Source of the DNA: Octopus bimaculoides
Lineage: Eukaryota
NCBI RefSeq assembly: GCF_001194135.2
Contig: NC_068984.1
Span: forward strand, 57,290,642 to 57,354,641
DNA: 64,000 bases
Direction: 5' to 3'
The translations under genes and the position numbers were made by a program. Shown in pieces: positions 53,980 to 64,000 of the stretch (its first letter is position 1; each line of letters opens with the position of its first letter). Below the pieces are notes generated by a model. It did not search any database, had not been told where the DNA came from, and was given only the letters and a program-made list of their open reading frames with translations.

Positions 53980-54195
53980 ATATTGGTTTCATATTTTGGC
54001 ACAAGGCCAGCAACTTTGGGGAGTGGGTAAGTCGATTACATTGATCCCTGGTTCAACAAGTACTTATTTTATTGACCTAAGAAATATGAAAGGCAAAGTC
54101 AGCCCTGGTGGAATTTGATCTCAGAACATAAAGATGGACTCAATGTCACTAAACCTTTTGCCTGGCATGTAAATATTTCTGCTATTTTGCCACCT
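53980..54195 (-). mobile_element. SINE family C copy
   Basis: Full reverse complement. aaggttgtaatatt occurs on both sides (53970-53983 and 54199-54212), a possible target duplication. Confidence 0.75.
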
Positions 54196-54285
54196 TCTAA
54201 GGTTGTAATATTAAAGAATTAAAATTTCTTTGCATACTCCATCCAGTGTGCTAGCATTCACTTTACTATTAAATTTTCATACAAC

Positions 54286-54510
54286 ACATGGTCCTGGGTA
54301 ATTCTTTTAGTGACTCTTCTGGATATAGTTCAGTCAGTTTGATCCAAGAATCAATTCTTCTTTAACTGATGTAGTACTTGATGCTACACTGGGTATAGGT
54401 GCAAGCATTTTTAAATAAATGAGTGGTGAGTAAGTTCATTAGCTGCTTTTGACTCTTGCATAAACTTATTTCCCCTTCTTTAGATAAGTTGCTAATAACT
54501 TTCAGAAAAA
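54286..54510 (-). repeat. Right arm of the old inverted repeat (partner 52131-52386)
   Basis: Reverse complement aligns to 52131-52386 with substitutions and two indels. Confidence 0.85.
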
Positions 54511-54734
54511 ACATGAATGTTGAAATTTCTCATTAGTTCCAACATCCAAAAACTTTGGTGCTTATGCACTGAGCAATAATTTTTATTTATTTATTCATGA
54601 CAGGTTTCTTTTTTTGTGTGTTGCTATATATTTTATTATTAAATTCTATTCTTGGTACAAGAAATTTAAGATAAACTGTTAAACCATTGCATGCATCAGT
54701 ATTAGCAGTTTATTCTTTAAAATAATTTTTAACA

Positions 54735-55485
54735 GGCACAAGGCCAGTATTCTAGTCTGATGGGAACAGGTGGTTATATTATATACACCCCAGCACCTAA
54801 TTTATACTTAATTGACCTTGGAAGGATAACTGTCAAGGTTGACTTATGTGGGATTTGAACTCAAAAACTAAAAAGAGTCATAACCAAATACCATAAAACC
54901 ACTGTCTTAAAGTTTTCTTAATAATAATAATAATAATAATAATCTTTTCTACAATAGGCACAAGGCCTGAGATTTGGGGGAAGGGACTAGTCGATAACCT
55001 CAACCCCAGTGTTTCACTGGTACTTATTTAACTGATCCTGAAAGGATAAAAGGCAAAGTCAACACCGGCGGGATTTGAACTCAGAACATAACAATGAGCG
55101 AAATACCGCTAAGCATTTCATCCAGTGTGTTAACGATTCTGCAAGCTCACTACCTTCGTAATGATAATAATAATAACAATAATAAACCTTTTTACTTACT
55201 TCATTGACTCCAAAAGGATGAAATGCAGAATTTGAACACAGAACATAAATGTGAAAGAAATGCCACTAACCATTTTTTTCTAGTGTGCTGTTGATTTTGC
55301 CAGCTCACTACCATGCTAACTCTTTCTATTATGGGAACAAGGCCTGAAACTTTGGAGGAGGTGGTTAGTTGATTACATCAACCCCAGTGCTCAACTGGTA
55401 CTTATTTCATCGACCCCAAAAGCATGAAAGATAAAGTTGAGCTCGCCAAATGCTGCTAAGCATTTTGCCTTGTGTGCTAACGAGC
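54735..55485 (-). mobile_element. Array of four SINE C copies, all in the same orientation
   Basis: Modules at ~54735, 54945, 55195 and 55325, partly separated by (TAA)n. Confidence 0.75.
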
Positions 55486-55804
55486 ACACCAAATAATAAT
55501 AGTTGTTTTATTCAATTTTTTATTTCTTTTTTAGTGGTTTCAGTCACTGAAAAGCGATCATACTGGGGCATTTCTTATTTCAGTTTGGTACATATTTTAT
55601 CAAAACCAGTTTCTCAGATGACTAAGTTACAAGCTACGAAAAGACACAAATATAAATAACACTTGTGTTTAAGACTCATGTAAGCATAATCACAAACATA
55701 CAACTGTATACACACACACACACACAAACTGTGCAAAAGTTTGTTGGTGTGTATGTATATACACACTAGCATCATCAAACTTTTGTGTAGTTTTCATTGA
55801 TAAA

Positions 55805-55945
55805 ATTTAACCCACAAGATATTGGTTGACTTACAGCTATAATAGAAGACAATTGTAAAAAAGATGTTAGAGAATGGAATCAAACCTGGAACCATGTGAT
55901 TGTGAAGTGAACTTCATCATCACTCAGCCATGCTTGCAACCATGC
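55805..55945 (-). mobile_element. Degenerate SINE A head
   Basis: acctggaaccatgtgattg...cagccatgc. Confidence 0.5.
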
Positions 55946-56837
55946 CAAAATCTTTTACATAAAAGCTTTCAGAGAATTTGTTTCAATTGTATTTTGAGTA
56001 TCTAGCTGAACGTACACATATGTGCCTCCCCATACACGCTAAATACAAATGCTCATATATAATGTGTATATAAACATTTGAAATTAAAATTTTACATATC
56101 TAAATATTTCTATTGTCTAAAATAGAACAATCATAAATATATATTAATAAAAAAATATTTGGTTGAATCATTTATTTCTCCAAATCATATTTTTATTATT
56201 GATTCTACTTTTAAAGCATAAAAAAAATACTTCCCTGAGATATAATCTCTGAACTATATCTGCTTCAGTTTTTTCCCCTTACATATTGCATAAACACACA
56301 CAAACACAACTTAGGGGTACAGTAAAACCTACTTTGCATTTAAAAAAGTGCTGGATCATTATACTTAATTTATGTTATATACCATTTTTTTTATGGCATG
56401 AGAAATCCTTATTTGCATTATTCTCTCAGTTTTTTGACTATCTGTGTTTTGTGTTCTCTTCTTCTTTAGGTATATCAATGGAAAATAGGAAAGGAAAAAG
56501 AAAGGAGAGATGGATATGATTTTAAAGTTGTTGATGTCACTTTGGGAAATGAGCAAGTAAATATGCAATCTACTTTTTTTTTTCATTTTTTGGAATACCT
56601 TTTTTTAGCGGGATTGGGTGCATGAAGGAGGAGGAGGGGGTAAGTCAATAAATATTACTAGGGCCATTGTATTGTTCATTTCCAATCTGCTTCTCACTAT
56701 ATTTTGTGCTAAAGTTAGAAACCCTTATTATTTTGTAATAAAAATGCAATAAAATTAGTTTGAATTATGTTAATGAAAATATTGATAGTTTTCTTTATAT
56801 ATATATATATATATATATATATNNNNNNNNNNATATA

Positions 56838-57195
56838 TATGGTAGAGAAATTTCTTTGGTGAATGATCATGACCAATATTTTCAAAAATATTTTGCATCC
56901 ATATAGTCTTGGGTTCAGTCCCAAAGCTTGGTACCTTGGGCTGAACAATGCCCTATGAGCAAAACTGATAATCAGAAACTGCGAGGAAGTCCATCATATA
57001 CATACATATATGTGTACATGTCTGTTTTGAAAAAACAGTGTTTAAGTTTATATTCTGTTCTTTAGCTGTGCTACAAATGAAGATCATTGAAATAAGTACC
57101 AAAGTTAAAAAGTACTGGGGTTGGTATTGATTGACTTAACCCCTTCAAGGTTATAGGCCAGCCTTGCTGCAATTTACTCACTGAAACAAATAGAA
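56838..57195 (+). mobile_element. Degenerate SINE A copy
   Basis: gggttcagtccc...accttggg...gaaactg...aagtactgggg. Confidence 0.5.
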
Positions 57196-57249
57196 GAGTC
57201 AGCTGGTTTAACAGTTGCCTATGTACCTGATTTAGAAACAATTATTAAG

Positions 57250-57585
57250 AGTGGTGAATTGGCAAATGTGTTGCAGTATTTATCCTGACAGTTTACATTC
57301 TGAGTTCAGATCTCACTGAGATCAACTTTGTCTTTCATCCCTCTGGGGTCAATGGTATTGACTAATCAGCTACCAACATTTCAGGCCTTATATCTGTATC
57401 AGAAAATACCATTATTGTTGTTGTCAATGAATTTGTAGAATTATTAGAGTTTGTTTCCAGCTGTTTATGATTTTGAATTTCATTCCTAATGAGATTGATA
57501 AAATAAAGCACAGTCAAGTACTTAGGTTGATTTAACTAACTTCCTTTTCCCAATTTCTGACCTTATGCTTATATCAGAAACAATC
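57250..57585 (+). mobile_element. Degenerate SINE C dimer just upstream of exon A
   Basis: Two modules ending caggcctta/gacctta...atcagaaa. Confidence 0.6.
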
Positions 57586-57681
57586 TTCTTATTATTTGTT
57601 TACTATTTACTTCAAAACTGTACTGAATTTCACCAGATTTTTAACATAGATATTGATTACAATTTTCATGTTTTTCTCTAG

Positions 57682-57871
57682 ATGATTTCTGAAAATTCTC
57701 ATGAAGTTATTCATCGAAAGCATTCTGTATCAAGTCGTGAACGACCGAAATCAGATATTAATGTCCATTGGCCTCAACATGTCAAACAGGTTGCAAGCTA
57801 TTTTGATCCCAGACATTTGCGAGAACATCGTGAGTCTACAATCTCAAGACCAAGACCAAAATCTGATTTGG
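57682..57871 (+). CDS. Coding exon A of an unidentified multi-exon host gene (MISENSHEVIHRKHSVSSRERPKSDINVHWPQ...RPRPKSDL)
   Basis: Acceptor tttttctctag ends at 57681. Open frame of 190 nt with protein-like composition. Donor G|gtaatc at 57872. Ends in phase 1, matching the next exon. Confidence 0.75.
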
Positions 57872-58547
57872 GTAATCAATCAATATTTCTTTTATATTTT
57901 TTGGAAATAATTTTGTTGTTAGGGTGGGGAAAAGGGTATTTTTATTGTTTACAGCTCAAAATTGTAGTTCTTAGTTTCATCTGATTCTAATATCTGTTTT
58001 AATGAAAGAACCTAAACTGTCCTTATGTATATTCAAGATATCCAACCTAGTGAGAAATAAGTGTTTAGTTTGTATTTTGATCGCCAAAGATGCAAAGATA
58101 TTCCTGAATCACTCAGTTTCCTAGTTGAAAATAAATACTTTGGAGAGATACATATGTATAACTAATTGACAAATATTTCATTAGCAGGTAGAAGAAATAA
58201 ACTGTTAGGATAGTTTTCAGTACATTTTAACTCCTCTCTCTCTCTCAATTTCATATTCTAGAATTCTTGGTGATAGACTCTGTTTATGTAACAATTCAAT
58301 CAATGGTTCTTCTCCATTTCCAGACACATGTCTCCACACCTGGCATTTCATAACTTAGTTACTTGTTGATAGATTCACAAGTTATAAGATAGTTGCTGTT
58401 TAGTAATAACAATGCTAATGCTTCAAATTCTGTTTTTATCTTTAAATAAATGTATCAGGCCATGGTCAGTAAATGAGACTGATGCAATATACAGGGTGGA
58501 AGAGAAATGAATTCTTCAATACTATTCTTTCCATTTGTATCACTTTC

Positions 58548-59503
58548 TAAATATTCTATGAAAAATATGAAAAAATATGAAAAATAAACTAACCCTATAT
58601 TACATGGGAAAATGTGAGCAAGAGAAATAATATTCTTAAGATTATAAACCTGGAAAATTACAGGACAAATTATTACACTTGGAAAAGTTCAGGACAACTT
58701 ATTACATCTGGTGAAGTACAGAACAAGAAAAAATTACTTAAAATATTAAAATATTACAGCTAAGGATAAAATCTGAATATTAAAAATTACTTGATTTTAA
58801 TTTACAAAGTAACATTACAATTAAAAAAGGTACCATCAAATATCGACACGCTAGAATACTTTAAAAATTAGTGCCAGAAGTACCAATATAGCTAAAGTTT
58901 AGTGCAAAGTATAATTATATAAAAAAAAAGAATAGGCATTGGGTCAAGACTAAAAATGTGAAGACTTGGCCAATAACTTAGACAATAACTCAAGCAAATT
59001 TTACTATGAATTTGTTGTTATAAGTAGATTTTACTTTAATATGTAACTAATTTTTGTATTATTTTATTTATTGTACTAATTATCTACTACTATTATTTTT
59101 TATAACCTATTTTCAAATTTATAATTATTAATCAATAATTAAAAAAATGAATTTTATTAACATGTAAAAAATATTTTAATTGAGTTATTTTTTATCTTTA
59201 ATAGAAGCAACAAGTCATAACAAATAGAAGTTATAACTTGTAATAAAATGTTTAGGTTTAATAAAAGCTAATATTTTCTAAATCTAAATACTTTATTTGA
59301 AATTTTATCCTTAGCTGCAATATCTTAAGTAAAAATTTTCTTGTTCTGTACTTTACCAGATGTAATAAGTTGTCCTGAACTTTTCCAAGTGTAATAACTT
59401 GTCCTGTAATTTTCCAGGTTTATAATCTTAAGAACATTATTTCTCTTGCTCGCATTTTTCCATGTAATATAGGGTTAGTTTATTTTTCATATTAGAATAT
59501 TTA
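58548..59503. mobile_element. Foldback/MULE-like non-autonomous DNA element with ~200-bp terminal inverted repeats
   Basis: Arms 58548-58772 and 59302-59503. Core 58575-58731 vs 59336-59492 has 5 mismatches in 157 nt. Each arm contains ~29-bp tandem sub-repeats. Confidence 0.8.
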
Positions 59504-59557
59504 TTTTCTTTGTGCTCTAGTTTGTGTTTAGACTATTCTGTTTGCTAGACAGTATAT

Positions 59558-59584
59558 TACTGACTCTTTATCTTTCCACCTTAG
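59558..59584 (+). promoter_or_regulatory. Branch point (tactgac), polypyrimidine tract and 3' splice site of exon B
   Basis: CTRAY-type motif about 21 nt upstream of the AG. Confidence 0.6.
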
Positions 59585-59709
59585 GTGGTAGCACGCTTTC
59601 ATCAGAAGCTATGAAAGAATTTCTGCAGGGGAAATTACCTCAAAGTCAGTCACAGAAAACTATATCAGAAATGAATCGGACTTCTTATCTGGTCACCAAA
59701 GCCCGGCGG
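59585..59709 (+). CDS. Coding exon B of the same gene (GGSTLSSEAMKEFLQGKLPQSQSQKTISEMNRTSYLVTKARR)
   Basis: Branch-point-like tactgac at 59558-59564, pyrimidine tract and ttag acceptor. Starts in phase 1 (compatible with exon A). Perfect donor CGG|gtaagt at 59710. Ends in phase 0. Confidence 0.8.
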
Positions 59710-60039
59710 GTAAGTGTCTTGTATAACTTTTAAAAACTAGTTACCTATAATGTCTCTTTTTTAAATTGATATACAATTTTCATGTCATATTTATTCAGTT
59801 TTTCTTTTAGCTCAAAAATGCAAACTTATTATATTTATGTTTATTTACCTACTCAAATATGCTTTCTTACCAATGTGTATATGTATGTATGTATGTATAT
59901 GTATGTATGTATATATATATGTGTGTGTGTGTATTTAAAGTATTATAGTAATAATATTAGGGAATAAAAACTTATTCCAACCTTACAGGCAAAAATCGGT
60001 ATAATATTGCACCAGATTTCGTAATATATAATATATATG

Positions 60040-60119
60040 TATATAACTAATTTAGAGATGAACCACCACTTAGTTGACTGAGTTGTAGAGTGGTGGTTCG
60101 TCTCTAAATTAGTTATATA
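60040..60119. other. Hairpin with 31-bp arms (30/31 match) and an 18-nt loop; probably a collapsed MITE in a TA tract
   Basis: tatataactaatttagagatgaaccaccact pairs with agtggtggttcgtctctaaattagttatata. Confidence 0.85.
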
Positions 60120-62484
60120 TGTATGTATGTATGTATTTATGTATGTATATGTATATATGTGTATATATGTATGTATATATATGTGTATGTATATATATGT
60201 GTATGTATGTATGTNNNNNNNNNNNNNNNNNNNNNNNNNNNNNNNNNNNNNNNNNNNNNNNNNNNNNNNNNNNNNNNNNNNNNNNNNNNNNNNNNNNNNN
60301 NNNNNNNNNNNNNNNNNNNNNNNNNNNNNNNNNNNNNNNNNNNNNNNNNNNNNNNNNNNNNNNNNNNNNNNNNNNNNNNNNNNNNNNNNNNNNNNNNNNN
60401 NNNNNNNNNNNNNNNNNNNNNNNNNNNNNNNNNNNNNNNNNNNNNNNNNNNNNNNNNNNNNNNNNNNNNNNNNNNNNNNNNNNNNNNNNNNNNNNNNNNN
60501 NNNTATATATAAACAAAATAAGAGAAAAAGCCAATGATTATAATGAATAGATGCTACATGGAATTGAAATAATTAGTAATTTGAGAAATGTACTTATTTC
60601 ACCCTATAACCAGATATATCCAATAATAGAATCAGACTTTAGATATATATCAGTTTATGCAAAGATACTAATCATTCATCAATATGTGAAAAATAAAATT
60701 AAGAATATTTTATTGTAAAAACATTACTTTCATTTTCTGTCTGAAATGAATTGTATTACTAGATTAGTATCTTTCTTTTATTGTTTCTTAGAATTATTTT
60801 TGATTTTTTTTCTAATGAACATCTGCAATTGTTTGTGTGAACTTAGCCTGTGGCCTTAGTTATTGACTTATACAAATTTCTTTTATGATATTTCATGATG
60901 CTAAATAATATCAAATAACTTGATAAAACTCAGTTTGAAGCTAAAACTTAATCTGATTTTGCCTCAGATTCTAACAAATTTTTTTTAAAAATAAGAAATA
61001 ACAGTTGGAATTAAGGCATTCGTTGTTGGAAAGCAAGTGTAATGATATCAAAAGACAGCTTAAATTGTTTAATGACATCACCCTGTCTTTTAGCTGAGGT
61101 TTTAATTGTTTGAAAACTCTAATGGATTCTCTCAGTGGTTGTATTTTCCTTTAGTAAAATGTTTGTATAATCCAGCTTTTATTGTTCCACTTAACACCTT
61201 ACAGTTTTATTACTCTAGTACAGAACTTTTATTCAGATAGACAATAGCTGCTGTTGTTAAAATGTTTTACCTCTTCTGAGATGTGTATTATTCAATTTCC
61301 AATCTTACTGTTTGTTTTTTTTAATTAATTTATTGGATTTATATCATAAACTGAATACAACTAGTTTAATACTAATTTGAGAGGTTTCTTATTGCTAAAT
61401 AGCAAATGTCATATTGTTGTTGCTACTGCTGTTGTGTAAACTAGAGATCATATGGATTCAGTAGCTATTGACATCATGGATAAATCTACTTAAGTCTATA
61501 AACAAACAAGAACAAAAAACTAGAAATGTCAGATATTAAAACTTCCATTCTGCATTTTATTCTTCTCTCTATTTTTCTATTAATGAATTACTCAGATTTA
61601 TTTGCATCTTTATATATGTCATTTCATTTATGTTCATGAGTTTTTATTTAAGTAGGTATCTGCTCCTCTTTGATAATAATCTGTCTGTATGACTTAAATA
61701 AAATCTGTTTAGATTTATTTGTTCAATTTGAGAAAGAAAAAATTGCTGTTTCTAATATCATTGTTCTTTTTATTTCCCTTTCTCCCTCTCTCTCACCAAC
61801 CTTAATTATAAATAATATTCTTAGAATAATCCTGTTAAAATCAAATGATTTTATTATATATTTTACCACATCACCAAATCCTACTGGTTGGTTGGCTGGC
61901 TTGTTGGTTGACTGAATTGATTGACTGATGATAGTTTCCTGTAGTTATTAATAGAGTTTAGTGTAGTCATCTCTTTCACTCAGAGTGTTATGTTGCTTGA
62001 TCAACACCACCTAATATGTGGTACCATCGTTCTTCCTGTAAACATCTCACTGTTACACATCTACTAAACTATACTCAGTTGCTTTACTTGTAGTTGTCTT
62101 CTAGTATTCTAGTTATAGTCTTGTTTCATTTTATTTATATCACTTGTTACTATGACCGAATGCACTAATACTCACAATCTATGTAAACTGATAGAGCTGT
62201 CAAATGAGTTATAAGGAAATACCACTGCTATTTTGCCACTTATCTTGAAAAATGAAGAGGATTAATTGAAAGGAAAAAAAATCTATTTGTTATCTCTCAC
62301 ATGTCACAATGTTATTGTGTAACATTGAAAAAACACTATCTTCCATTGTCTGATGATCTACTTCACTGTAGAAGCAATAAACATGTGGATTACATGCCAG
62401 TTGTTGATGTTAAGTGCTACAACACAAGTCAGTTGGTTTATATAGGAATAGTAGTTACAGACTATGAAGGGCATTTTTTTACAG

Positions 62485-62590
62485 CTCACAACTGTTATTG
62501 AAGATATTTTTACAATGGATTCTGATATCATTGCTGATTGGAAAGGTCCTCTTCATGATCCTGACCGTATCAAATTATGTAGGATGGTAG
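62485..62590 (+). CDS. Coding exon C of the same gene (LTTVIEDIFTMDSDIIADWKGPLHDPDRIKLCRM[V])
   Basis: Acceptor cattttttt-acag. Open in phase 0, compatible with exon B. Two possible donors: ATG|gtaggt (exon end 62586) or GTAG|gtaact (exon end 62590). Confidence 0.6.
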
Positions 62591-63169
62591 GTAACTGTGC
62601 ACAGCTACTCATTTCACTAATCATGTCTTACACAAAATGGTTATATAGAATTTGTTTTGGTTTTTTTTTCACATTTTCCCACACATGCCTTAACATACCT
62701 GCAGCTTTAGCACTTCCTGCTTTCAATTTTACCCGAGTCCTTTAACTGCCTTTTTTCTATTGAGACATTGTTGAGAGCCAAATTTGATACTTTACAAAAC
62801 ATGTTTAATAGTTCATAGTTTTAAGTTCAATTTTGCCTTTCGCCCTTCCAAATTCAATATTAGTAGTAGTAATATACTGTAGGTGATTCAATCAACCATA
62901 TATCTCTCAACAAAAAAGGAAAAAAAAAAAAAAGATTTTTCATGAAAAGATAAATATATTCAGAACATTATTATGCCAATTTCTCACCTTTTTTATAGAG
63001 ATTCATGTAAAGTTCTTTTATAGAATCTCTTTATTTTTCTTTGTTCCTTCCGTTTAAACTGGATCATCTGAAAAATATGTTTTTAAGTCAGTTGTACTAT
63101 GTTTATTTATTCATATCAATGCAGATATTACAATTTTGTCACAATCATCATATTGTATTGAGGTCAGTT

Positions 63170-63520
63170 GATTAGTAGAATAATTAGTGTTGGAAGAAAT
63201 GCTTTGCATATTTGTTCGGAATTTTCATGTCCTGAATGCAAATTTCACTGAGTTCAACTTTACCTTTCACCCTTTCGTAGTCAATGAAGTAAATATCAGT
63301 CAAGTATTGGAGTCAATGTAATCAATACCCTCTCATCAAAATTGCCGGCCTTGTGCCTAAATTAGAAACTATTATTAAAAGTAACAAACTGACACTTCAA
63401 ATCCTATGGAGGTCATCTTTGCCTTGCCTCCTTTCCATATCAATAAAATAAAGTACCAGTCAGGAACTGAGGTTCATGTAATTGACTTCCCTTCTCTTCA
63501 AAATTGCTGGCTTTGTACTA
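63170..63520 (+). mobile_element. Degenerate SINE C dimer
   Basis: Two modules followed by an AAT/ATT-rich tail. Confidence 0.6.
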
Positions 63521-63833
63521 TAATAATAATAACAATAACATTCTCACCATCATCATTATTTATTATCATCATTATTATTAGTAGTAGTAGTAGGGAATCC
63601 ATTCATTGTTAATAATGTGAGAGTATCTAGGACAAAAAAAAAAATCATGTGTCTTAACTACAGTTTGAATTTTCTTGGATAACTAGTAATATGAACATAC
63701 TGCAGACAATATTAATTAACAGGGATCATATAATGATTTACCGAAGTCTCCTCACCCCATTCTGTGGATCATTCATCTTCATCTTAAGTAAATAAAATAA
63801 AAACTTAATTTTTATTGTCTTTTCTTTTTCCAG

Positions 63834-63847
63834 TTGATAGTTTGAAC
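63834..63847 (+). CDS. Candidate 14-nt micro-exon (V-D-S-L-N) or start of a short terminal exon
   Basis: Long pyrimidine tract ttgtcttttctttttccag, then TT GAT AGT TTG AAC|gtaaag. In frame only if exon C uses the 62590 donor. Confidence 0.3.
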
Positions 63848-64000
63848 GTAAAGTTGATTTGTTTTTATATATGAATACCTATATACCATTTAAATAACTT
63901 TTTTTATTTACATAAATAATAATAATAATCTATAAATAACTAAATAATTCTCATATTCAGTATATTGATTAAATTGTTATTTTCACTAGTAATTTCTTAC

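Noticed and set aside
62485-62590. Assignment of the host gene to EPS8, ARHGAP20 or a DH-PH GEF family
   Set aside because: There is only vague resemblance over a few residues, which is not enough to give a gene symbol.

Overview
This is eukaryotic, very AT-rich, microsatellite-dense, mostly non-coding DNA with 7 assembly gaps. The repeat content suggests a cephalopod (Octopus-like) genome; this is inference from recalled repeat families, not a database search. The only host-gene signal is at the 3' end: three phase-compatible + strand coding exons (57682-57871, 59585-59709, 62485-62586/62590) plus a possible 14-nt micro-exon (63834-63847), encoding a protein I cannot identify. The rest is transposon-derived. 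It includes decayed RTE LINEs, CR1/L2 fragments, three R4/Dong-like (RLE) retroposon fragments abutting (TAA)n tracts, an internally deleted mariner, hAT-like MITE pieces and at least four SINE or SINE-like families. One SINE family (C) has about 25 copies, mostly in head-to-tail arrays. The most notable structures are inverted repeats in the introns around the exons. A foldback-like element with ~200-bp, ~97%-identical arms ends 81 nt before an exon, a 31-bp-stem hairpin lies just after the same exon, and there is an older ~250-bp inverted pair upstream. A local scaffold mis-ordering at 46.7-49.2 kb can also be inferred. I cannot demonstrate a new biological system from sequence alone. The best leads are the intronic dsRNA structures and the (TAA)n-centred nesting of retroelements.
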